DNA from: an uncultured virus (IMG/VR IMGVR_UViG_2615840715_000006)
Taxonomy: Duplodnaviria; Heunggongvirae; Uroviricota; Caudoviricetes
Length of the DNA: 64,000 nucleotides
IMG/VR virus record: IMGVR_UViG_2615840715_000006
Reading direction: 5' to 3' (one strand)
Positions 8,416-17,144 of this stretch are shown piece after piece (the stretch's first letter is position 1; every line of letters begins with the position of its first letter). The notes below the pieces were generated by a model that did no database searches, was not told the origin of the DNA, and worked only from the letters and a program-made list of their open reading frames with translations. The translations under genes and the position numbers were made by a program.

Positions 8416-10829
8416 ATGCCCCTCCGACCGAGCGACACGGCGCGGGCGATATCCGCGGCGACCTGCGTTCGCGATTGCCGGAAGCTCTCGGCGTCGCGGG
8501 CCATGATGGTCACGTTGACCCCGCCGCCCGCGCCGTAGCTCTGTGCCTCCCGCCGCGACAGCACGCGTTCCCCGCGCTGCAGGATCGCGGGCACCTCGTC
8601 GTGACGAAGCCCGGCCATGCCGCCACCATGCATCCGCGGCGCGGCGGCGAAGGCCATGGCCGGGACCATCCGCGAGGGTCCAGCCGATCCGACCATCCCG
8701 CCCGCATGCAGGACGTTGGCGAAGATGCCGCCCGCCCCGGAGAAGACGCCGGAGAGCGCATTGGCGATCGGCCCGAGGATGAACCGCCGCGCCGCCAGTT
8801 GGGCGAGATCGGCCAGCAGCGACGTCACCAGATCGCGGAAGTCGAGCTTGCCGGTCTTCACGAACTGGCCCACCGCGTTCTCGGCCGACTGGAAGGCGCC
8901 GACGAGGCTCTGGCCGATGTCGCCACCGATCTCGCGGGCCTTGCTGGCGTAGTCGGAGAGCGCGGCGGTGACCGCCCGCCAGCCGGTGACGGCCGCGTCG
9001 GTCGCGGGCTCCGCTACCGCAGCAGCAGCTCCGGCCGCCACACCTGCATCTGTTGCGGCGCGCCCGGCGTCGCCGAGGGACGTCTCCAGGCGCTCCGCCG
9101 CAGCGGTGGTCTCGGCCAGTGCGTCGGCGCCGTCCTCGTCGGTGCCGCGTACGGCATCACGCAGCGCCTGCCAGCTTTCGAGGGGCGCACGGGCCCCCTC
9201 CGCCAGGTCGCGCGCCGCGCCGCGGTAAAGGTTGGCGGACTCGAGCGCCCTGTTCGCCGCCTCGGTCAGACCGAGATCGGGCGCGGAGAGCGGATTGTCC
9301 TCGAAGGCCCGATCGAAGGCCGCCTGAGCTGCCGTGGTTGCGGCAGTCGCCGCTCCCTCGAAGCGGTTCTCGATCTCGCCGAGGTCGAGGTCCGGAACCA
9401 GCGATATGCGCCGCTCCGACCCGAGCGCTTCGAGCCCCTGGTTGATGCCGCCGATAAAGCCGTTGATCCGCGAGACCACCCCGTTCAGCATCGCCTCGAC
9501 GCCATCGACCAGGCTGTTGGCCGCCTGGAACGCGAGATCGCCGATGGCGGCGGGCAGCAGGCCCCAGATCGCCTTGATCGCCTCGTAGGCGCCTTCGAAG
9601 GTGTTCGCGGCCGTGTTGCCGAAGCCCACCACGCTCTCGATGGCGCTCTGCATGCCCGATGCGGCATCCGCCTTCAGGTCGAAGAACATCGCCGTGGCGG
9701 CCGCGCCCGCCGCCGCCGCGCCCATACTGATGCGTTCCCAGACCTCGACCGCGAGGTCCTTCAGGAGCGACATCGCTTCTCCGAAACCGCCGGCGCCGGA
9801 GACGAGCCGGGTGAACTGGTAGACGAGCTCGCCCGCGCCGACGATCAGCGCGCCGATGCCGGTGCGGATCAGCGCCCCGCGCAGGACAACGAGCGCCGTG
9901 GCGAGGCCCCGGACCGAGAGCGCCGCAGCCGCCATGCCGGCGACCCAACGTCCCGCGAGGAACGCCGCGAAGGTGGCGGCATAGGTGGTCAGGCGGCCGA
10001 TGTTGTCCAAGAGACCGCGGATCGCGATGCCGAGCGGCCCGGTGCGGCTGGCCACCGCCGCCATGGCATCGGCGACGGCTTCCAGCGCAGGTGCCGCTGC
10101 GACCGCCAACTGGTTCGAGAGCCCGCGCCAGACCAACCCGAGCCGCGAGATGGCGTCGTTCGTCCGCTCGATCTGGTCGGCGTCCTGCTCGGAGACGACA
10201 ACCCCGAAGGCGAGGACGTCCTCTGTCGCCTGGCGCAGCGTCGCGGTGTCGATCCGGCTCATCGCGATGGAGCCTTCCTCGCCGAAGAGCTGGCCCGCGA
10301 CCGCCGCGCGCTCGGCGGCAGGCACGAAGCTCTCGATCGCCGCGTTGATCGCGCCCACGCGCTGGTCCAGCGGCAAGGCGATCAGCTCATTTGCTGAAAG
10401 CCCCAGCCGGTCGAGCGCGTCGGCAGCAGGGCCGGTCCCGGCGGCCGCCTGACTGAGACGGCGCGTCAGATCCTTGGTGGCCTGCTCGATGCCGGACATG
10501 GAGACGCCCGCCAGATCGCCCGCGCGCTCCAGCGTCTGGATCGAGGCGACGGTGGTGCCGAGCGACTGCGCCAGCTTCGCCTGCGCATCGACCGTCTGCA
10601 GGCTGGACCGGATCATCGCCACGCCAGCAGCGGCTGCGGCGGCCACGGCAGCGGCAGCCGCGACCCGCACCCGCCGCGAGAAGGCCGCGAGCCGGGCGTT
10701 CGCGGCTTCCATCTCCCGGCTCAGCCGTCCGAAGCCGCGCGACCCGGCCTCGCCCACGCCTTCGAGTTCGGCGCGCACCTGCCGTCCGCCCACGGCCGCG
10801 AGGCGGACGCTGACCCTCTTCTCAGCCAT
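8412..10829 (-). CDS. Tail tape measure protein
   Basis: 805 aa Ala/Gly-rich; C-terminal HGGG..DEVPAILQRGERVL; position in tail operon. Confidence 0.9.
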   Translation of the reverse strand: MAEKRVSVRLAAVGGRQVRAELEGVGEAGSRGFGRLSREMEAANARLAAFSRRVRVAAAAAVAAAAAAGVAMIRSSLQTVDAQAKLAQSLGTTVASIQTLERAGDLAGVSMSGIEQATKDLTRRLSQAAAGTGPAADALDRLGLSANELIALPLDQRVGAINAAIESFVPAAERAAVAGQLFGEEGSIAMSRIDTATLRQATEDVLAFGVVVSEQDADQIERTNDAISRLGLVWRGLSNQLAVAAAPALEAVADAMAAVASRTGPLGIAIRGLLDNIGRLTTYAATFAAFLAGRWVAGMAAAALSVRGLATALVVLRGALIRTGIGALIVGAGELVYQFTRLVSGAGGFGEAMSLLKDLAVEVWERISMGAAAAGAAATAMFFDLKADAASGMQSAIESVVGFGNTAANTFEGAYEAIKAIWGLLPAAIGDLAFQAANSLVDGVEAMLNGVVSRINGFIGGINQGLEALGSERRISLVPDLDLGEIENRFEGAATAATTAAQAAFDRAFEDNPLSAPDLGLTEAANRALESANLYRGAARDLAEGARAPLESWQALRDAVRGTDEDGADALAETTAAAERLETSLGDAGRAATDAGVAAGAAAAVAEPATDAAVTGWRAVTAALSDYASKAREIGGDIGQSLVGAFQSAENAVGQFVKTGKLDFRDLVTSLLADLAQLAARRFILGPIANALSGVFSGAGGIFANVLHAGGMVGSAGPSRMVPAMAFAAAPRMHGGGMAGLRHDEVPAILQRGERVLSRREAQSYGAGGGVNVTIMARDAESFRQSRTQVAADIARAVSLGRRGM

Positions 10830-11148
10830 GGGAATGATCCATCTTTTCGTTGAGCTTGGCCACCATCACCGCTTCGATGACGGGCAAGAGTTCACCCGCA
10901 GCAGCGGGCGGGACGCCGAGCGCAATTCCCAGAGCGAGGGCCGCGGACAGGTCCCAGCCGACCACCGCGCCGGGCAGCACGCGCAACTGACCGCCGAGGC
11001 GGCCGACGAGATCCCAGACCTGCCAGCCCTCATGGGTAAGCGGCCGGTTCAGGCGCGTCGGGCAGTCTTCGCACGCTTGCGCGCAGGCTTCGCAGTAGCG
11101 CTCGCCCCCGCCGAAGGACCACTCGGCGAGAGCGCGGAGGCGTTTTTT
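10822..11148 (-). CDS. -1 frameshift extension of tail assembly chaperone (gpGT-like), not in ORF track
   Basis: Slippery A AAA AAC at 11148-11142; -1 frame open to TGA at 10824-10822, overlapping tape measure start. Confidence 0.8.
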   Translation of the reverse strand, partial: KKRLRALAEWSFGGGERYCEACAQACEDCPTRLNRPLTHEGWQVWDLVGRLGGQLRVLPGAVVGWDLSAALALGIALGVPPAAAGELLPVIEAVMVAKLNEKMDHSHG

Positions 11149-11489
11149 TCCTGTTCCAGCAGCAGGCCTTTGGACACGTAGGTCAATTGGAAGGCCTCGA
11201 AGATCGGCCAGACGTCGAGCAGCGCGTCGATGGCCTCGGGGGTGGGATCGATCGGGTTGCCGTCGGCATCGCCGATGCCCTCCCAGCCGAGCACAGCCCG
11301 TCGCGCCAGCGCCTTGGCGAAGGCGACGGCGCGCTCCTCGTCGGAAGCCTCCTCGGGCACCGCCTCGACGGCGGGGTCGCTGCGCGTCGCGACCATCAGG
11401 GCGGTCGTCAGCGGGCGCAGTTGCACCCGGACGCCGGGGGCGAGGTCATGCCAGCGCGGCGCGTTGGTCAGGTCGAGCGTCAGCATCAA
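11049..11489 (-). CDS. Tail assembly chaperone (gpG-like)
   Basis: Between tail tube and tape measure; contains slippery site (EKN). Confidence 0.8.
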   Translation of the reverse strand: MMLTLDLTNAPRWHDLAPGVRVQLRPLTTALMVATRSDPAVEAVPEEASDEERAVAFAKALARRAVLGWEGIGDADGNPIDPTPEAIDALLDVWPIFEAFQLTYVSKGLLLEQEKNASALSPSGPSAGASATAKPARKRAKTARRA

Positions 11490-12427
11490 TACGTCTCCAC
11501 GTCATTCACGAGGGTGGCGGTGCACATCCGGCCGACGACGCTGTCGCGCGCGGCCTGCCAGTCGAATGTCGCCTGGACGCCCTGCGGCCCGGAAATCTCG
11601 ATCCGTGGACGCGGCAGGTAGACGGCGTGCACGGTGAAGGAGAAGCTTTCGCCTGAAGGCAGGACGTAGGCGAATTCCATCTCGCAGGCCTCGCCGTTGA
11701 TCGCCTGCGTCACCAGCGTCTGGTCGGCGAAGCGCACCTCGATCCGGCCCGTCAGCGCGGCAATGGATGGATCCGCGCCATCGATGCGGCCGTCCGAGCG
11801 GATGGTCTCGATCCGGTCGAGGTTGTTGGCGTAGGTGATCTCGGCCGAGACCACATTGCCGAGGGCGGTGCCGTTCCGGGTGATCGCCCCGTTGAAATGG
11901 CCGAAGCGCTTCAACTCCAGTGCGGCGGGCGTTCCGGCACTGGTCGTGGTGCCGACCGTCTCGCCCTGCGCCACCAGCCGCGCGGTCGCGGTGAGCAGGC
12001 CCGAGCGCTGCATCTGCCAGGTGATCTGGTCGAGCACGCAGCCCGAGTACATCGCATAGCGGGGCACCTCGGGCATGCCGGTCTCGATCGACATCGAGGG
12101 CAACGTCCAGGACCCCGACTGAAATTCGTGGCTGTACGGGGCCTCCGCGCCCGTGGTCGTGGGCGCGCCGAAGGCTGCCTTCAGCCAGAAGCCGAACGCC
12201 TCGGCGTCCAGCGGCACGACGACGTCGCCGTCGGCCGTCACGGCGTCCTTGATCGGCGCTAGCGGATCGCGGCCGTAGCCGAGAAGCTCCGAATTCAGCA
12301 GCGGCTGCTCCGCGCCGAGCGACGTGCTGGCGAAGGGCATGCGGGTGAAGCCGCTGACGGGCGGCGTTCCATAGGTCGTCTCGAACGCAAGCGCCATCAG
12401 CGCTCGCGCCCCTTGGGCTCGTGCCAT
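11486..12427 (-). CDS. Major tail tube protein
   Basis: 313 aa beta-rich; GGAG RBS; position. Confidence 0.8.
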   Translation of the reverse strand: MARAQGARALMALAFETTYGTPPVSGFTRMPFASTSLGAEQPLLNSELLGYGRDPLAPIKDAVTADGDVVVPLDAEAFGFWLKAAFGAPTTTGAEAPYSHEFQSGSWTLPSMSIETGMPEVPRYAMYSGCVLDQITWQMQRSGLLTATARLVAQGETVGTTTSAGTPAALELKRFGHFNGAITRNGTALGNVVSAEITYANNLDRIETIRSDGRIDGADPSIAALTGRIEVRFADQTLVTQAINGEACEMEFAYVLPSGESFSFTVHAVYLPRPRIEISGPQGVQATFDWQAARDSVVGRMCTATLVNDVETY

Positions 12428-12451
12428 GTTCGTCTCCTGTGGTCGGTTGGG

Positions 12452-12868
12452 TCAGGCCAGCGGGTCGGCCGTGGAATAGTGCAGCACGACCGGGATAACG
12501 GCGGCCTTCAGACTCGCCGCGCCCTCGACCGGCAGATCGACCGGGCGCGGGGCTTCGGCCTCGACCCAGTCGCAGAACCCGCCCAGCGTCCGGTCGGCGG
12601 CGAGCGCTGCGCCGATGCTGGCGGTCAGCGTGTCAAAGGCGGCGTCGCGATCGGCACCCTGAACGACCGCCTCGATCTCGGCTCGGTGCTGGTAGTGATA
12701 GCGCAGCGGCGACAGCGTGACTTCGGGCGCACCTGGTTCGCCATCGCGCAGGATCATCAGGCCCTCGACCGGCATGCGCTCGGGCAGCACGTCCCCGCGC
12801 AGAGCGGTGGCGGGCAGCGCCGAGAGCCGCGCGTGCAGCGCGACGAGGATGGTTTCGCGAGGTGTCAT
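12452..12868 (-). CDS. Tail terminator/completion protein
   Basis: MTPRETIL.. start at 12868 overlapping merR stop (ATGA); directly upstream of tail tube. Confidence 0.7.
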   Translation of the reverse strand: MTPRETILVALHARLSALPATALRGDVLPERMPVEGLMILRDGEPGAPEVTLSPLRYHYQHRAEIEAVVQGADRDAAFDTLTASIGAALAADRTLGGFCDWVEAEAPRPVDLPVEGAASLKAAVIPVVLHYSTADPLA

Positions 12869-13290
12869 GGGTCGGCCGAGTTGGAAATCGCGTCGAGCAC
12901 CGGACAATCGGGGACTTCGGCGCCCGAACACCTGGATGCAGTTGTAGCGAGGACGGATTCGATACGCCGAAGATCCGCGATCCTCGCGCGGACATCGGCA
13001 AGGTGCCGCTCCGTCCGTTCCTTGACCTCGGCGCAGGTCGGCGCGGCGCCGTCGCCGAGCCCCATCAGCCCGCGGATGTCCTCCATCGAGAACCCGAGTT
13101 CGCGGGCGCGCAGGATGAAGCGGAGGCGTGTGGCGTGTGCGGCGGAATAGACCCGGTAGCCGGCGTCCGTGCGGGGCGGGTCGGGCAGCAGGCCGGTCTT
13201 CTCGTAATAGCGGATCGTCTCGATGTTGCAGCCGGTCGCCCGGGCCAGGTCGCCGCGTGTGAAGCCGCTCTCGCGCTCGTGATCGGTCAT
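12865..13290 (-). CDS. merR: Hg(II)-responsive regulator MerR
   Basis: HTH GDLARATGCNIETIRYYE; three Hg-ligand Cys (TCAEV, RCSG, DCPVL); divergent from merT. Confidence 0.9.
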   Translation of the reverse strand: MTDHERESGFTRGDLARATGCNIETIRYYEKTGLLPDPPRTDAGYRVYSAAHATRLRFILRARELGFSMEDIRGLMGLGDGAAPTCAEVKERTERHLADVRARIADLRRIESVLATTASRCSGAEVPDCPVLDAISNSADP

Positions 13291-13304
13291 GGGCAAGTTT
13301 CCTC

Positions 13305-13335
13305 TTGAGCCTGTAGTTGCTACAGACCCTACACC
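13305..13335 (+). promoter_or_regulatory. mer operator/promoter
   Basis: -35 TTGAGC, 19-bp spacer containing dyad CTGTAG-TTG-CTACAG, -10 TACACC. Confidence 0.85.
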
Positions 13336-13366
13336 CATCGTCAATCACAGACGAGAGGTGCGCGAC

Positions 13367-13756
13367 ATGGCGCTGACAGACGACAGAACGGACAGCACGG
13401 GCGCGGATCGCCCCGCCCGAAAGGGCTGGCTCGCGGCGGGCGGTGTGGTGGGCGCCTTTCTCGCCTCGGCCTGCTGCATCGGGCCGCTGGTGCTTCTGAC
13501 TCTCGGCATCTCGGGCGCCTGGATCGGCAACCTGACGGCTCTGGAGCCTTACAAGCCGATCTTCGCCGTGATCGCGCTCGGCTTCATCGCGGCGGGTTTC
13601 TGGCAGGTCTATTTCCGCAAGCCAACCGTCTGCGAACCCGGTTCCTACTGCGCAAGGCCAGCATCGGCGCGCATCACCAAGTCGGCTCTCTGGGCCTCCC
13701 TGATCCTCGTTCTCGCAGCCCTCACCATCGACTGGTGGGCCCCGCTTCTCTACTGA
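13367..13756 (+). CDS. merT: Mercuric transport protein MerT
   Basis: ASACCIGPLVL, LEPYKP, cytoplasmic CEPGSYC. Confidence 0.9.
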   Translation: MALTDDRTDSTGADRPARKGWLAAGGVVGAFLASACCIGPLVLLTLGISGAWIGNLTALEPYKPIFAVIALGFIAAGFWQVYFRKPTVCEPGSYCARPASARITKSALWASLILVLAALTIDWWAPLLY

Positions 13757-13774
13757 CCCCGAAAGGACATCCAC

Positions 13775-14080
13775 ATGAAGAAGATCCTTGCACTCGCCTT
13801 GTTCGGCCTGACCGCCGTTGTGCCGATCACCGCCATCCCTGTTGCCGCGCAGACCGTCGCCGCCGAGCAGACCGTCACCTTCGCGGTGGACAACATGACC
13901 TGCGCGCTCTGCCCAGTCACCGTGAAGCGTGCGATGGAGGGCGTCGCGGGCGTGCGCGCCGTCGAGATCGACTTCGATGCCCGCACCGCCACGGTGATCT
14001 TCGACACCGCCGCGACGAGCGCCGACGCCATCGCGACCGCGTCGGCCAATGCAGGCTACCCGGCGCGTGTCGCGGGCTGA
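13775..14080 (+). CDS. merP: Periplasmic Hg-binding protein MerP
   Basis: Signal peptide plus HMA motif MTCALC. Confidence 0.9.
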   Translation: MKKILALALFGLTAVVPITAIPVAAQTVAAEQTVTFAVDNMTCALCPVTVKRAMEGVAGVRAVEIDFDARTATVIFDTAATSADAIATASANAGYPARVAG

Positions 14081-14084
14081 CGAG

Positions 14085-14318
14085 ATGACCGAGCAGTCCG
14101 ACCGCAAGCTGATCGCGACAGGGATCGTCGGCACCGTCATCGCGGCGCTCTGCTGCTTCACTCCGGTGCTGGTGGTGCTTCTGGGTGCCGTGGGCCTGTC
14201 GGCCTGGCTGGGTTGGCTCGACTACGTTCTGCTGCCCGCGCTCGCCTTTTTCGTCGCGCTGACCGTGTACGCGGTCTGGAGACGGCAGCGGCGCCAGACC
14301 ACTCGAACGGATGGATGA
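14085..14318 (+). CDS. merF: Mercury transporter MerF
   Basis: ALCCFTPVLVVLLGAVGLSA..LDYVLLPALA. Confidence 0.9.
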   Translation: MTEQSDRKLIATGIVGTVIAALCCFTPVLVVLLGAVGLSAWLGWLDYVLLPALAFFVALTVYAVWRRQRRQTTRTDG

Positions 14319-15747
14319 CTTGATGAAAGACGATTGCTGCGCGCCCAAGGGCGATTTCGACCTTGCCGTGATCGGCGCCGGATCGGCCGGGTTCTCGGCC
14401 GCGATCACCGCCGCCGAGGGAGGCAAGCGCGTCGCGCTGATCGGCCATGGCACCATCGGCGGGACCTGCGTGAACGTGGGCTGTGTGCCCTCCAAGACGA
14501 TGATCCGGGCCGCGGAAGCCCTGCACGGTGCGCAGACAGCACATCGGTTCCCGGGCCTGAACAGCGAGGCGCAGGTCGCCGACTGGTCGGCGCTGATTGC
14601 GGCCAAGGACGATCTTGTCGCGACACTGCGCCAGAAGAAGTACGCCGATCTGCTGCCGGGCTACGGCGGTGTGACCTATCTCGACGAGGGTCCGGCGCGT
14701 CTCGTCCTCGGCGGGGTCGAGGTCGGCGGGCGCAGGATCACGGCTCCCAAGGTGATCGTCGCGACCGGTGGCCGACCCGCCGTGCCCGACATCCCTGGGA
14801 TCCAGGACGCACCAACGCTCGACAGCACGTCGCTGCTGGAGCTGGACCGGTTGCCCGAAAGCCTGATCTTCCTCGGCGGCGGCTACATCGGCGTGGAGCT
14901 GGCGCAGATGATGGCGCGGATGGGCACCCGCGTCACCATTGTCTGCCGCTCGCGCCTGCTGCCGCGCACAGAGCCGGAGGTGTCCCGGGCGCTGACGGAG
15001 ACGCTGCGCGCCGAGGGCGTCGCGGTTGTCGATGGCGCGACCTACGACGCCGCACGGCGCGACGGGGCCCGTGCGGTCCTGACGGTGACGGTGGACGGCG
15101 CAGACCGCGATCTGACGGCCGACCGCCTCGTCCTGACGACGGGACGCGCAGCCAACACCGAGGGGCTGGGCCTCGCGGAGATGGGCGTCGAGACCGACGC
15201 GCGTGGCGCGATCCGGGTGGGCGACGACATGCAGACCACGAAGGCCGGCATCTTCGCGGCGGGCGATGTGACCGACCGCGACCAGTTCGTCTACATGGCC
15301 GCCTATGGCGCCAAGCTCGCGTCCCGCAACGCCGTTCTGGGCGGGGCGGAGCGCTACGACAACGCCGCGATGCCGTGGGTGGTGTTCACCGATCCGCAGG
15401 TCGCCGGCGTCGGGCTGACCGAGGCGCAGGCGCGCGCCGCGGGTCATGACGTCAAGACCAGTGTGCTGACGCTCGACAACGTGCCCCGCGCGCTCGCCGC
15501 CCGCGACACGCGCGGCCTGATCAAGCTCGTCGCGGACCGGGCGACCGACCGCCTCCTGGGCGGCGTGATCATGGCGCCGGAGGGAGCCGACAGTGTCCAG
15601 ACGCTCGCCATGGCGCTCAAGTTCGGCATGACGACAAAGGCGCTCGGCGAGACGATCTTCCCCTATCTGACCACGGTAGAGGGGCTGAAGCTCGCCGCGC
15701 AGACCTTCGACAAGGATGTCGCGAAGCTGTCGTGCTGCGCGGGGTAA
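14311..15747 (+). CDS. merA: Mercuric reductase (lacks N-terminal NmerA domain)
   Basis: GAGSAG, GGTCVNVGCVPSK, FPYLT, C-terminal SCCAG. Confidence 0.95.
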   Translation: MDDLMKDDCCAPKGDFDLAVIGAGSAGFSAAITAAEGGKRVALIGHGTIGGTCVNVGCVPSKTMIRAAEALHGAQTAHRFPGLNSEAQVADWSALIAAKDDLVATLRQKKYADLLPGYGGVTYLDEGPARLVLGGVEVGGRRITAPKVIVATGGRPAVPDIPGIQDAPTLDSTSLLELDRLPESLIFLGGGYIGVELAQMMARMGTRVTIVCRSRLLPRTEPEVSRALTETLRAEGVAVVDGATYDAARRDGARAVLTVTVDGADRDLTADRLVLTTGRAANTEGLGLAEMGVETDARGAIRVGDDMQTTKAGIFAAGDVTDRDQFVYMAAYGAKLASRNAVLGGAERYDNAAMPWVVFTDPQVAGVGLTEAQARAAGHDVKTSVLTLDNVPRALAARDTRGLIKLVADRATDRLLGGVIMAPEGADSVQTLAMALKFGMTTKALGETIFPYLTTVEGLKLAAQTFDKDVAKLSCCAG

Positions 15748-15797
15748 CCCGAGCCGTCGGTTTCGTGGCTGCCGAGCAAGATTGCGCATCGATGCGA

Positions 15798-16427
15798 TCA
15801 CAACCTACCCCCCACCCAGTTCGCCACGATCAGCCCCGGCACGCTGTCCAACGCCCGGTCTGCATCCCGCGCCAGATCCAGCCGCTTCGGCAGCTTGACC
15901 TGCGGCACCAGCAGGAAGATCGGCGCAGTGACCTTTCCGCGCCCGGTCTTCGACCGCGACACCACCGCCTGGCCTTTCGTGTTCAGCCGCCCCTCGGCGA
16001 CCAGCAGGCTGGGGCCCGTCCGGCGATAGACGAAACGCAGGCGGAGGCCGCGTCGCCGCTCCCATTCACCGGGGGTGATCCGGCCGCCGCGCAGGGATTT
16101 GCCCGCCGCGGGCAGCGGGATCGCCAGCCAGAACCCGTTCTTCGATCGGATCAGCGGCCCGGTGTCATGCGCACCGACGATTACCGGCGCCTTCGACCAG
16201 ACCAGCGCCGCAGCCTCAAGGCTCTCGCCCGACCTCGGGAAGTTCTGGCTCCGGATCGAGTTGGCGAGCCGTGTACCAAGCCCCGCGCCGGTGATCTGCA
16301 ACCGCCACGCCGTCTTCAGCCCAGTCCCGGCCTCGCGAATGGCGGCGGTGACGGCCCGTTCACCCGCCGCGACCTCGGCCGCCATCATCGCGACGATGTC
16401 GGGATCGATGTCGAGCTTCAGTTTCAC
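15798..16427 (-). CDS. Neck/minor tail protein (DUF6441-like)
   Basis: Basic 209 aa; coupled to head-closure gene. Confidence 0.7.
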   Translation of the reverse strand: MKLKLDIDPDIVAMMAAEVAAGERAVTAAIREAGTGLKTAWRLQITGAGLGTRLANSIRSQNFPRSGESLEAAALVWSKAPVIVGAHDTGPLIRSKNGFWLAIPLPAAGKSLRGGRITPGEWERRRGLRLRFVYRRTGPSLLVAEGRLNTKGQAVVSRSKTGRGKVTAPIFLLVPQVKLPKRLDLARDADRALDSVPGLIVANWVGGRL

Positions 16428-16735
16428 GCGGGCCTCAGGTCGACGGTCCAGACCAGCCGCTCGCGGTCGCGGACCGGCTCGCCCTGTATGAGGAAGGCGT
16501 CGCCGTCGATCTCGATGCGGTCGCCGGGACGCGGGTTCGCCACCTCGGCCACGCGCAGGTCGATCCGGGTGGTTTCGGACCAGAGCCGCGCGTCGCCGAA
16601 GTCGGTGACCGCGTCGGCGCGACGGGCGACGGCACGCACCAGCACGGGTGTACCGCCGTCGGCGATGTAGACCGCGTCCCGGCCGATGTTCGGATCGGCG
16701 AAGAGCGCGCCGATGGCGGCGGCGAAGGCCGACAT
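16424..16735 (-). CDS. Head-tail joining (closure) protein
   Basis: MSAFAAA.. start overlapping upstream TGA; PRPGDRIEIDG. Confidence 0.7.
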   Translation of the reverse strand: MSAFAAAIGALFADPNIGRDAVYIADGGTPVLVRAVARRADAVTDFGDARLWSETTRIDLRVAEVANPRPGDRIEIDGDAFLIQGEPVRDRERLVWTVDLRPA

Positions 16736-17070
16736 CAGAACGTCGCGTTCAGGCGCACCCGGCCGATGGTGTCGCCGGCGCCGCTCGCCACCGCCTCGAC
16801 GGCCGCGCCGATGAGGGTGTTGTCGGTCGCGACGGTCGTGGTGCGCTTGTTGGTGTCGTCCCAATAGACCTTGGCGCCAACCGTCCACGCCTGGGAGCCG
16901 ACCTTGGTGATGTCGAACACGCCGACGAGCGCGGTCTCGACGGGCTCGCCAATGGCGGCGGCACCCGCGGCGATGCCGAAGATGGAGCCGACGAGCAGGC
17001 CATCGCCGGAGGCGACGGCATAGGGCGCGGTCAGGGTGATGGTGTTGCCGGGCTGGACGTAGGTTTTCAT
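16735..17070 (-). CDS. Capsid decoration/cement protein DUF2190
   Basis: MKTYVQPG..GAKVYWD..VRLN; follows capsid gene. Confidence 0.85.
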   Translation of the reverse strand: MKTYVQPGNTITLTAPYAVASGDGLLVGSIFGIAAGAAAIGEPVETALVGVFDITKVGSQAWTVGAKVYWDDTNKRTTTVATDNTLIGAAVEAVASGAGDTIGRVRLNATF

Positions 17071-17086
17071 GATGGGGATCCTCGTG

Positions 17087-17118
17087 GAAAGACGAAGGGC
17101 GGCCCGTCAGGACCGCCC
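17087..17118 (-). terminator. Terminator-like hairpin after capsid gene
   Basis: GGGCGG..CCGCCC stem then TTCGTCTTT. Confidence 0.5.
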
Positions 17119-17144
17119 GTGTGTCAGGGTTCAGGAAGCGCGCC

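Noticed and set aside
12452..14161. 569-aa ORF spanning mer genes into the tail gene
   Set aside because: Only the last 138 aa are phage-like; the rest is off-frame merR and antisense merTP
15785..15796. 12-bp palindrome CGCATCGATGCG at the mer right junction as a mobile-element end
   Set aside because: No counterpart at the left junction; too short to interpret
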